From the NCBI GenBank assembly GCA_964247055.1, contig OZ176050.1:1488001-1552000 (forward strand): a stretch of 64,000 nucleotides of DNA, written 5' to 3'. Below the pieces are notes generated by a model that did not search any database, had not been told where the DNA came from, and saw nothing but the letters and a program-made list of their open reading frames with translations. Position numbers and translations under genes: made by a program. Below are positions 1 to 12,800 of the stretch, one piece after another. This DNA comes from Paragordius varius. Taxonomy: Eukaryota > Animalia > Nematomorpha. Numbering within the stretch: the first letter of the stretch is position 1; each line of letters begins with the position of its first letter.

Positions 1-562
1 TTTACAACGATATTATAAATATTATTAAAACTAGTCCCATCAATACTCAAGTTAAACTTTGTCCTTAAAAATCGAATATACCCGTGAACAAAATTATTTT
101 TTATACATTCTCTTAGTAGGACTACATCAAAATATAGAGATAGTTTGACAAACTCTTTCAATCCGATTTTTACAACGATACTTTAAAAATTATGGTATTA
201 AACCAGTCGCATCAATACTCAAGTTAAAATTTGTCCTTAAAAATCGGATATTGATCACCGGTGAACAAAATTATTTTTTATACATTCTCTTAGTAAGACT
301 ACATCAAAATATAGAGATAGTTTGACAAACTCTTTCATATCCGATTTTTACAACGATACTTTAAAAATTAATGTATTAAACTAGTCGCATCAATACTCAA
401 GCTAAACATTGTCCTTAAAAATCGGATATTGGTCACCGGTGAACAAAACTATTTTTTATGCATTCTCTTAGTAAGACTACATCAAAATATAGAGATAGTT
501 TGACAAACTCTTTCACATCCGATTTTTACAACGATACTTTAAAAATTAATGTATAAAACTAG

Positions 563-588
563 TCGTATCAATAAATCGCATCAATACT
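563..588 (+). repeat. 13-bp internal tandem duplication defining the 191-bp long monomer (example)
   Basis: TCGTATCAATAAA (563-575) is followed by TCGCATCAATACT (576-588), 10/13 identical. The monomer spans 527-717 = 191 bp. The insert recurs throughout the window. Confidence 0.95.
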
Positions 589-705
589 CAAGTTAAACTT
601 TGTCCTTAAAAATCGGATATTGGTTACCGGTGAACAAAATTATTTTTTATACATTCTCTTAGTATGACTACATCAAAATATAGAGATAGTTTGGCAAACT
701 CTTTC

Positions 706-798
706 ATATCCGATTTTTACAACGATACTTTAAAAATTAATGTATAAAACTAGTCGCATCAATACTCAAGTTAAACTTTGTCCTTAAAAATCGGATAT
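706..798. other. 14-bp perfect inverted repeat present once per monomer (example)
   Basis: ATATCCGATTTTTA (706-719) is the exact reverse complement of TAAAAATCGGATAT (785-798). Spacers alternate 65 bp (78 in long monomers) and 85 bp along the array. Confidence 0.95.
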
Positions 799-833
799 TG
801 GTCACCGGTGAACAAAATTATTTTTTATACATT
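739..833. other. 11-bp inverted repeat within the monomer (example)
   Basis: AATGTATAAAA (739-749) is the reverse complement of TTTTATACATT (823-833). It is absent in TATGGTATTA-head monomers. Confidence 0.85.
798..815. other. 18-bp near-perfect palindrome with a 10-bp perfect GC-rich core (example)
   Basis: TTGGTCACCGGTGAACAA matches its reverse complement at 16/18 positions. The core TCACCGGTGA is perfect and contains AgeI ACCGGT and SgrAI CACCGGTG; BstEII GGTCACC overlaps it. Confidence 0.95.
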
Positions 834-865
834 CTCTTAGTAAGACTACATCAAAATATAGAAAT

Positions 866-878
866 AGTTTGACAAACT
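866..878. other. 13-bp odd palindrome AGTTTG-A-CAAACT (example)
   Basis: Two 6-bp arms flank a central base. The central base is G in the GGCAA variant, so the arms are preserved. Confidence 0.85.
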
Positions 879-3800
879 CTTTCATATCCGATTTTTACAA
901 TGATATTTAAAAATTAATGTATTAAACTAGTCGCATCAATACTCAAGTTAAACTTTGTCCTTAAAAATCGGATATTGGTCACCGGTGAACAAAATTATTT
1001 TTTATATATTCTCTTAGCAAGACTACATCAAAATATAGAGATAGTTTGGCAAACTCTTTCATATCCGATTTTTACAACGATACTTTAAAAATTATGGTAT
1101 TAAACCAGGCGCATCAATACTCAAGTTAAACTTTGTCCTTAAAAATCGGATATTGGTCACCGGTGAACAAAATTATTTTTTATACATTCTCTTCGTAAGA
1201 CTACATCAAAATATAGAGATAGTTTGACAAACTTTTTCATATCCGATTTTTACAACGATACTTTAAAAATTATGGTATTAAACCAGTCGCATCAATACTC
1301 AAGTTAAACTTTGTCCTTAAAAATCGGATATTGGTCACCGGTGAACAAAACTATTTTTTATACATTCTCTTAGTAAGACTACATCAAAATATAGAGATAG
1401 TTTGACAAACTCTCTTATATCCGATTTTTACAACGATACTTTAAAAATTAATGTATAAAACTAGTCGCATCAATACTCAAGCTAAACATTGTCCTTAAAA
1501 ATTGGATATTGGTCCCCGGAGAACAAAACTATTTTTTATACATTCTCTTAGTAAGACTACATCAAAATATAGAGATAGTTTGACAAACTCTTTCATATCC
1601 GATTTTTACAACGATATTTAAAAATTAATGTATAAAACTAGTCGTATCAATAAATCGCATCAATACTCAAGTTAAACTTTGGTTTTAAAAATCGGATAAT
1701 GGTCACCGGTGAACAAAATTATTTTTTATACATTCTCTTAGTAAGACTACATCAAAATATAGAGATAGTTTGACAAACTCTCTCATATCCGATTTTTACA
1801 ACGATACTTTAAAAATTAATGTATAAAACTAGTCGCATCAATACTCAAGCTAAACATTGTCCTTAAAAATCGGATATTTGTCACCGGTGAACAAAATTAT
1901 TTTTTATACATTCTCTTAGTAGGACTACATCAAAATATAGAGATAGTTTGGCAAACTCTTTCATAATCGATTTTTACAACGATACTTTAAAAATTAATGT
2001 ATAAAACTAGAGGCATCAATACTCAAGCTAAACATTGTCCTTAAAAATCGGATATTGGTCACCGGTGAACAAAACTATTTTTTATATATTCTCTTAGCAA
2101 GACTACATCAAAATATAGAGATAGTTTGGCAAACTCTTTCATATCTGATTTTTACAACGATACTTTAAAAATTATGGTATTAAACCAGGCGCATCAATAC
2201 TCAAGTTAAACTTTGTCCTTAAAAATCGGATATTGGTCACCGGTGAACAAAATTATTTTTTATACATTCTCTTAGTATGACTACATCAAAATATAGAGAT
2301 AGTTTGGCAAACTCTTTCATATCCGATTTTTACAACGATACTTTAAAAATTAATGTATAAAACTAGTCGCATCAATACTCAAGCTAAACATTGTCCTTAA
2401 AAATCGGATATTTGTCACCGGTGAACAAAATTATTTTTTATACATTCTCTTAGTAGGACTACATATATAGAGATAGTTTGGCAAACTCTTTCATAATCGA
2501 TTTTTACAACGATACTTTAAAAATTAATGTATAAAACTAGAGGCATCAATACTCAAGCTAAACATTGTCCTTAAAAATCGGATATTGGTCACCGGTGAAC
2601 AAAACTATTTTTTATACATTCTCTTAGTAAGACTACATCAAAATATAGAAATAGTTTGACATACTCTTTCACATCCGATTTTTACAACGATACTTTAAAA
2701 ATTAATGTATAAAACTAGTCGTATCAATAAATCGCATCAATACTCAAGTTAAACTTTGTCCTTAAAAATCGGATATTGGTCACCGGTGAACAAAATTATT
2801 TTTTATACATTCTCTTAGTAGGACTACATCAAAATATAGAGATAGTTTGGCAAACTCTTTCATATCCGATTTTTACAACGATACTTTAAAAATTATGGTA
2901 TTAAACCAGTCGTATCAATACTCAAGTTAAACTTTGTCCTTAAAAATCGGATATTGGTCACCGGTCAACAAAATTATTTTTTATACATTCTCTTAGTAGG
3001 ACTACATCAAAATATAGAGATAGTTTGGCAAACTCTTTCATAATCGATTTTTACAACGATACTTTAAAAATTAATGTATAAAACTAGAGGCATCAATACT
3101 CAAGTTAAACTTTGTCCTTAAAAATCAAATATTGCTCACCGGTGAACAAAATTATTTTTTATACATTCTCTTAGTAAGACTACATCAAAATATAGAAATA
3201 GTTTGACAAATTCTTTCATATCCGATTTTTACAACGATACTTTAAAAATTAATGTATTAAACTAGTCGCATCAATACTCAAGCTAAACATTGTCCTTAAA
3301 AATCGGATATTGGTCACCGGTGAACAAAACTATTTTTTATACATTCTCTTAGTAAGACTACATCAAAATATAGAAATAGTTTGACATACTCTTTCACATC
3401 CGATTTTTACAACGATACTCAAAAAATTAATGTATAAAACTAGTCGTATCAATAAATCGCATCAATACTCAAGTTAAACTTTGTCCTTAAAAATCGGATA
3501 TTGGTCACCGGTGAACAAAATTATTTTTTATACATTCTCTTAGTAGGACTACATCAAAATATAGAGATAGTTTGGCAAACTCTTTCATATCCTATTTTTA
3601 CAACGATACTTTAAAAATTATGGTATTAAACCAGTCGTATCAATACTCAAGTTAAACTTTGTCCTTAAAAATCGGATATTGGTCACCGGTCAACAAAATT
3701 ATTTTTTATACATTCTCTTAGTAAGACTACATCAAAATATAGAGATAGTTTGACAAATTCATTCATATCCGATTTTTACAACGATATTATAAATATTATT

Positions 3801-6800
3801 AAAACTAGTCCCATCAATACTCAAGTTAAACTTTGTCCTTAAAAATCGAATATACCCGTGAACAAAATTATTTTTTATACATTCTCTTAGTAGGACTACA
3901 TCAAAATATAGAGATAGTTTGACAAACTCTTTCAATCCGATTTTTACAACGATACTTTAAAAATTATGGTATTAAACCAGTCGCATCAATACTCAAGTTA
4001 AACTTTGTCCTTAAAAATCGGATATTGATCACCGGTGAACAAAATTATTTTTTATACATTCTCTTAGTAAGACTACATCAAAATATAGAGATAGTTTGAC
4101 AAACTCTTTCATATCCGATTTTTACAACGATACTTTAAAAATTAATGTATTAAACTAGTCGCATCAATACTCATACTAAACATTGTCCTTAAAAATCGGA
4201 TATTGGTCACCGGTGAACAAAACTATTTTTTATGCATTCTCTTAGTAAGACTACATCAAAATATAGAGATAGTTTGACAAACTCTTTCACATCCGATTTT
4301 TACAACGATACTTTAAAAATTAATGTATAAAACTAGTCGTATCAATAAATCGCATCAATACTCAAGTTAAACTTTGTCCTTAAAAATCGGATATTGGTTA
4401 CCGGTGAACAAAATTATTTTTTATACATTCTCTTAGTATGACTACATCAAAATATAGAGATAGTTTGGCAAACTCTTTCATATCCGATTTTTACAACGAT
4501 ACTTTAAAAATTAATGTATAAAACTAGTCGCATCAATACTCAAGTTAAACTTTGTCCTTAAAAATCGGATATTGGTCACCGGTGAACAAAATTATTTTTT
4601 ATACATTCTCTTAGTAAGACTACATCAAAATATAGAAATAGTTTGACAAACTCTTTCATATCCGATTTTTACAATGATATTTAAAAATTAATATATTAAA
4701 CTAGTCGCATCAATACTCAAGTTAAACTTTGTCCTTAAAAATCGGATATTGGTCACCGGTGAACAAAATTATTTTTTATATATTCTCTTAGCAAGACTAC
4801 ATCAAAATATAGAGATAGTTTGGCAAACTCTTTCATATCCGATTTTTACAACGATACTTTAAAAATTATGGTATTAAACCAGGCGCATCAATCAAGTTAA
4901 ACTTTGTCCTTAAAAATCGGATATTGGTCACCGGTGAACAAAATTATTTTTTATACATTCTCTTCGTAAGACTACATCAAAATATAGAGATAGTTTGACA
5001 AACTTTTTCATATCCGATTTTTACAACGATACTTTAAAAATTATGGTATTAAACCAGTCGCATCAATACTCAAGTTAAACTTTGTCCTTAAAAATCGGAT
5101 ATTGGTCACCGGTGAACAAAACTATTTTTTATACATTCTCTTAGTAAGACTACATCAAAATATAGAGATAGTTTGACAAACTCTCTTATATCCGATTTTT
5201 ACAACGATACTTTAAAAATTAATGTATAAAACTAGTCGCATCAATACTCAAGCTAAACATTGTCCTTAAAAATTGGATATTGGTCCCCGGAGAACAAAAC
5301 TATTTTTTATACATTCTCTTAGTAAAACTACATCAAAATATAGAGATAGTTTGACAAACTCTTTCATATCCGATTTTTACAACGATATTTAAAAATTAAT
5401 GTATAAAACTAGTCGTATCAATAAATCGCATCAATACTCAAGTTAAACTTTGGTTTTAAAAATCGGATAATGGTCACCGGTGAACAAAATTATTTTTTAT
5501 ACATTCTCTTAGTAAGACTACATCAAAATATAGAGATAGTTTGACAAACTCTCTCATATCCGATTTTTACAACGATACTTTAAAAATTAATGTATAAAAC
5601 TAGTCGCATCAATACTCAAGCTAAACATTGTCCTTAAAAATCGGATATTTGTCACCGGTGAACAAAATTATTTTTTATACATTCTCTTAGTAGGACTACA
5701 TCAAAATATAGAGATAGTTTGGCAAACTCTTTCATAATCGATTTTTACAACGATACTTTAAAAATTAATGTATAAAACTAGAGGCATCAATACTCAAGCT
5801 AAACATTGTCCTTAAAAATCGGATATTGGTCACCGGTGAACAAAACTATTTTTTATATATTCTCTTAGCAAGACTACATCAAAATATAGAGATAGTTTGG
5901 CAAACTCTTTCATATCCGATTTTTACAACGATACTTTAAAAATTATGGTATTAAACCAGGCGCATCAATACTCAAGTTAAACTTTGTCCTTAAAAATCGG
6001 ATATTGGTCACCGGTGAACAAAATTATTTTTTATACATTCTCTTAGTATGACTACATCAAAATATAGAGATAGTTTGGCAAACTCTTTCATATCCGATTT
6101 TTACAACGATACTTTAAAAATTAATGTATAAAACTAGTCGCATCAATACTCAAGCTAAACATTGTCCTTAAAAATCGGATATTTGTCACCGGTGAACAAA
6201 ATTATTTTTTATACATTCTCTTAGTAGGACTACATATATAGAGATAGTTTGGCAAACTCTTTCATAATCGATTTTTACAACGATACTTTAAAAATTAATG
6301 TATAAAACTAGAGGCATCAATACTCAAGCTAAACATTGTCCTTAAAAATCGGATATTGGTCACCGGTGAACAAAACTATTTTTTATACATTCTCTTAGTA
6401 AGACTACATCAAAATATAGAAATAGTTTGACATACTGTTTCACATCCGATTTTTACAACGATACTTTAAAAATTAATGTATAAAACTAGTCGTATCAATA
6501 AATCGCATCAATACTCAAGTTAAACTTTGTCCTTAAAAATCGGATATTGGTCACCGGTGAACAAAATTATTTTTTATACATTCTCTTAGTAGGACTACAT
6601 CAAAATATAGAGATAGTTTGGCAAACTCTTTCATATCCGATTTTTACAACGATACTTTAAAAATTATGGTATTAAACCAGTCGTATCAATACTCAAGTTA
6701 AACTTTGTCCTTAAAAATCGGATATTGGTCACCGGTCAACAAAATTATTTTTTATACATTCTCTTAGTAAGACTACATCAAAATATAGAGATAGTTTGAC

Positions 6801-6822
6801 AAATTCATTCATATCCGATTTT

Positions 6823-9800
6823 TACAACGATATTATAAATATTATTAAAACTAGTCCCATCAATACTCAAGTTAAACTTTGTCCTTAAAAATCGAATATA
6901 CCCGTGAACAAAATTATTTTTTATACATTCTCTTAGTAGGACTACATCAAAATATAGAGATAGTTTGACAAACTCTTTCATATCCGATTTTTACAACGAT
7001 ACTTTAAAAATTATGGTATTAAACCAGTCGCATCAATACTCAAGTTAAACTTTGTCCTTAAAAATCGGATATTGATCACCGGTGAACAAAATTATTTTTT
7101 ATACATTCTCTTAGTAAGACTACATCAAAATATAGAGATAGTTTGACAAACTCTTTCATATCCGATTTTTACAACGATACTTTAAAAATTAATGTATTAA
7201 ACTAGTCGCATCAATACTCAAGCTAAACATTGTCCTTAAAAATCGGATATTGGTCACCGGTGAACAAAACTATTTTTTATGCATTCTCTTAGTAAGACTA
7301 CATCAAAATATAGAGATAGTTTGACAAACTCTTTCACATCCGATTTTTACAACGATACTTTAAAAATTAATGTATAAAACTAGTCGTATCAATAAATCGC
7401 ATCAATACTCAAGTTAAACTTTGTCCTTAAAAATCGGATATTGGTTACCGGTGAACAAAATTATTTTTTATACATTCTCTTAGTATGACTACATCAAAAT
7501 ATAGAGATAGTTTGGCAAACTCTTTCATATCCGATTTTTACAACGATACTTTAAAATTAATGTATAAAACTAGTCGCATCAATACTCAAGTTAAACTTTG
7601 TCCTTAAAAATCGGATATTGGTCACCGGTGAACAAAATTATTTTTTATACATTCTCTTAGTAAGACTACATCAAAATATAGAAATAGTTTGACAAACTCT
7701 TTCATATCCGATTTTTACAATGATATTTAAAAATTAATGTATTAAACTAGTCGCATCAATACTCAAGTTAAACTTTGTCCTTAAAAATCGGATATTGGTC
7801 ACCGGTGAACAAAATTATTTTTTATATATTCTCTTAGCAAGACTACATCAAAATATAGAGATAGTTTGGCAAACTCTTTCATATCCGATTTTTACAACGA
7901 TACTTTAAAAATTATGGTATTAAACCAGACGTATCAATACTCAAGTTAAACTTTGTCCTTAAAAATCGGATATTGGTCACCGGTGAACAAAATTATTTTT
8001 TATACATTCTCTTAGTAGGACTACATCAAAATATAGAGATAGTTTAGCAAACTCTTTCATATCCGATTTTTACAACGATACTTTAAAAATTAATGTATAA
8101 AACTAGTCAATACTCAAGTTAAACTTTATCCTTAAAAATCGGATATTGGTCACCGGTGAACAAAACTATTTTTTATACTTTCTCTTAGTAAGACTACATC
8201 AAAATATAGAGATAGTTTGACAAACTCTCTTATATCCGATTTTTACAACGATACTTTAAAAATTAATGTATAAAACTAGTCGCATCAATACTCAAGCTAA
8301 ACATTGTCCTTAAAAATTGGATATTGGTCACCGGAGAACAAAACTATTTTTTATACATTCTCTTAGTAAGACTACATCAAAATATAGAGATAGTTTGACA
8401 AACTCTTTCATATCCGATTTTTACAACGATATTTAAAAATTAATGTATAAAACTAGTCGTATCAATAAATCGCATCAATACTCAAGTTAAACTTTGGTTT
8501 TAAAAATCGGATAATGGTCACCGGTGAACAAAATTATTTTTTATACATTCTCTTAGTAAGACTACATCAAAATATAGAGATAGTTTGACAAACTCTCTCA
8601 TATCCGATTTTTACAACGATACTTTAAAAATTAATGTATAAAACTAGTCGCATCAATACTCAAGCTAAACATTGTCCTTAAAAATCGGATATTTGTCACC
8701 GGTGAACAAAATTATTTTTTATACATTCTCTTAGTAGGACTACATCAAAATATAGAGATAGTTTGGCAAACTCTTTCATAATCGATTTTTACAACGATAC
8801 TTTAAAAATTAATGTATAAAACTAGAGGCATCAATACTCAAGCTAAACATTGTCCTTAAAAATCGGATATTGGTCACCGGTGAACAAAACTATTTTTTAT
8901 ACATTCTCTTAGTAAGACTACATCAAAATATAGAAATAGTTTGACAAACTCTTTCACATCCGATTTTTACAACGATACTTTAAAAATTAATGTATAAAAC
9001 TAGTCGTATCAATAAATCGCATCAATACTCAAGTTAAACTTTGTCCTTAAAAATCGGATATTGGTCACCGGTGAACAAAATTATTTTTTATACATTCTCT
9101 TAGTAGGACTACATCAAAATATAGAGATAGTTTGACAAACTCTCTCATATCCGATTTTTACAACGATACTTTAAAAATTAATGTATAAAACTAGTCGCAT
9201 CAATACTCAAGCTAAACATTGTCCTTAAAAATCGGATATTTGTCACCGGTGAACAAAATTATTTTTTATACATTCTCTTAGTAGGACTACATCAAAATAT
9301 AGAGATAGTTTGGCAAACTCTTTCATAATCGATTTTTACAACGATACTTTAAAAATTAATGTATAAAACTAGAGGCATCAATACTCAAGTTAAACTTTGT
9401 CCTTAAAAATCAAATATTGCTCACCAGTGAACAAAATTATTTTTTATACATTCTCTTAGTAAGACTACATCAAAATATAGAAATAGTTTGACAAATTCTT
9501 TCATATCCGATTTTTACAACGATACTTTAAAAATTAATGTATTAAACTAGTCGCATCAATACTCAAGCTAAACATTGTCCTTAAAAATCGGATATTGGTC
9601 ACCGGTGAACAAAACTATTTTTTATACATTCTCTTAGTAAGACTACATCAAAATATAGAAATAGTTTGACAAACTCTTTCACATCCGATTTTTACAACGA
9701 TACTTTAAAAATTAATGTATAAAACTAGTCGTATCAATAAATCGCATCAATACTCAAGTTAAACATTGTCCTTAAAAATCGGATATTTGTCACCGGTGAA

Positions 9801-12800
9801 CAAAATTATTTTTTATACATTCTCTTAGTAGGACTACATCAAAATATAGAGATAGTTTGGCAAACTCTTTCATAATCGATTTTTACAACGATACTTTAAA
9901 AATTAATGTATAAAACTAGAGGCATCAATACTCAAGTTAAACTTTGTCCTTAAAAATCAAATATTGCTCACCGGTGAACAAAATTATTTTTTATACATTC
10001 TCTTAGTAAGACTACATCAAAATATAGAAATAGTTTGACAAATTCTTTCATATCCGATTTTTACAACGATACTTTAAAAATTAATATATTAAACTAGTCG
10101 CATCAATACTCAAGTTAAACTTTGTCCTTAAAAATTGGATATTGGTCACCGGTGAACAAAATTATTTTTTATACATTCTCTTAGTAAGACTACATCAAAA
10201 TATAGAAATAGTTAGACAAACTCTTTCATATCCGATTTTTACAACGATACTTTAAAAATTAATGTATAAAACTAGTCGTATCAATAAATCGCATCAATAC
10301 TCAAGTTAAACTTTGTCCCTAAAAATCGGATATTGGTCACCGGTGAACAAAATTATTTTTTATACATTCTCTTAGCAAGACTACATCAAAATAAGAGATA
10401 GTTTGACAAACTCTTTTATATCCGATTTTTACAACGATACTTTAAAAATTATGGTATTAAACCAGTCGCATCAATACTCAAGTTAAACTTTGTCCTTAAA
10501 AATCGGATATTGGTCATCGGCGAACAAAATTATTTTTTATACATTCTCTTAGTAAGACTACATCAAAATATAGAGATAGTTTGACAAACTCTCTTATATC
10601 CGATTTTTACAACGATACTTTAAAAATTAATGTATAAAACTAGTCGCATCAATACTCTAGCTAAACATTGTCCTTAAAAATCGGATATTGGTCACCGGTG
10701 AACAAAATTATTTTTTATACATTCTCTTAGTAAGACTACATCAAAATATAGAAATAGTTTGACAAACTCTTTCATATCCGATTTTTACAACGATACTTTA
10801 AAAATTAATGTATAAAACTAGTCGTATCAATAAATCGCATCAATACTCAAGTTAAACTTTGTCCTTAAAAATCGGATATTGGTCACCGGTGAACAAAATT
10901 ATTTTTTATACATTCTCTTAGTAAGACTACATCAAAATATAGAGATAGTTTGACAAACTTTTTCATATCCGATTTTTACAACGATACTTTAAAAATTATG
11001 GTATTAAACCTGTCGCATCAATACTCAAGTTAAACTTTGTCCTTAAAAATCGGATATTGGTCATCGGTGAACAAAATTATTTTTTATACATTCTCTTAGT
11101 AAGACTACATCAAAATATAGAGATAGTTTGACAAACTCTCTTATATCCGATTTTTACAACGATACTTTAAAAATTAATGTATAAAACTAGTCGCATCAAT
11201 ACTCAAGCTAAACATTGTCCTTAAAAATTGGATATTGGTCACCGGAGAACAAAACTATTTTTTATACATTCTCTTAGTAAGACTACATCAAAATATAGAG
11301 ATAGTTTGACAAACTCTTTCATATCCGATTTTTACAACGATATTTAAAAATTAATGTATAAAACTAGTCGTATCAATAAATCGCATCAATACTCAAGTTA
11401 AACTTTGGTTTTAAAAATCGGATAATGGTCACCGGTGAACAAAATTATTTTTTATACATTCTCTTAGTAAGACTACATCAAAATATAGAGATAGTTTGAC
11501 AAACTCTCTCATAATCGATTTTTACAACGATACTTTAAAAATTAATGTATAAAACTAGTCGCATCAATATTCAAGCTAAACATTGTCCTTAAAAATCGGA
11601 TATTTGTCACCGGTGAACAAAATTATTTTTTATACATTCTCTTAGTAGGACTACATCAAAATATAGAGATAGTTTGGCAAACTCTTTCATAATCGATTTT
11701 TACAACGATACTTTAAAAATTAATGTATAAAACTAGAGGCATCAATACTCAAGTTAAACTTTGTCCTTAAAAATCAAATATTGCTCACCGGTGAACAAAA
11801 TTATTTTTTATACATTCTCTTAGTAAGACTACATCAAAATATAGAAATAGTTTGACAAATTCTTTCATATCCGATTTTTACAACGATACTTTAAAAATTA
11901 ATGTATTAAACTAGTCGCATCAATACTCAAGCTAAACATTGTCCTTAAAAATCGGATATTGGTCACCGGTGAACAAAACTATTTTTTATACATTCTCTTA
12001 GTAAGACTACATCAAAATATAGAAATAGTTTGACAAACTCTTTCACATCCGATTTTTACAACGATACTTTAAAAATTAATGTATAAAACTAGTCGCATCA
12101 ATACTCAAGTTAAACTTTGTCCTTAAAAATCGGATATTGGTAACCGGTGAACAAAACTATTTTTTATACATTCTCTTAGTAAGACTACATCAAAATATAG
12201 AGATAGTTTGACAAACTCTCTTATATCCGATTTTTACAACGATACTTTAAAAATTAATGTATAAAACTAGTCGCATCAATACTCAAGCTAAACATTGTCC
12301 TTAAAAATTGGATATTGGTCACCGGAGAACAAAACTATTTTTTATACATTCTCTTAGTAAGACTACATCAAAATATAGAGATAGTTTGACAAACTCTTTC
12401 ATATCCGATTTTTACAACGATATTTAAAAATTAATGTATAAAACTAGTCGTATCAATAAATCGCATCAATACTCAAGTTAAACTTTGGTTTTAAAAATCG
12501 GATATTGGTCACCGGTCAACAAAATTATTTTTTATACATTCTCTTAGTAAGACTACATCAAAATATAGAGATAGTTTGACAAATTCATTCATATCCGATT
12601 TTTACAACGATATTATAAATATTATTAAAACTAGTCCCATCAATACTCAAGTTAAACTTTGTCCTTAAAAATCGAATATACCCGTGAACAAAATTATTTT
12701 TTATACATTCTCTTAGTAGGACTACATCAAAATATAGAGATAGTTTGACAAACTCTTTCATATCCGATTTTTACAACGATACTTTAAAAATTATGGTATT

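Larger units (their letters stand above)
718..895 (+). repeat. Representative near-consensus 178-bp monomer
   Basis: Matches the consensus apart from GAAATAG for GAGATAG and ACAAT at the following junction. Used as the coordinate reference for internal motifs. Confidence 0.95.
3..6822 (+). repeat. Two related higher-order units: 21-mer (3774 bp) then 17-mer (3046 bp)
   Basis: A diverged marker monomer (GATATTATAAATATTATT...GAATATACCCGTG) starts at 3, 3777 and 6823. Monomer order and private variants (TTGATCACC, TATGCATT, GGTTACC, CTTCGTAAG, GTCCCCGGAG, ACATATATAG) are shared. Indel bookkeeping reproduces both lengths exactly. Confidence 0.9.

Noticed and set aside
735-755. TATA-box or bacterial -10-like motifs (GTATAAAA)
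   Set aside because: Such motifs are expected in roughly 72% AT sequence, and there is no downstream gene or other promoter evidence.
748-758. Canonical Helitron head-to-tail junction CTAG|TC in AACTAGTCGC
   Set aside because: The motif is present, but there is no GC-rich hairpin 10-15 nt upstream of CTAG on either strand, and a 6-bp match is expected by chance. TATGG monomers read CCAG.
718-895. Helically phased A-tracts causing intrinsic curvature
   Set aside because: A/T tracts are frequent, but hand-measured spacings (about 18, 13, 27, 14, 27, 8, 31 bp) are not consistently multiples of 10-11. A curvature calculation would be required.
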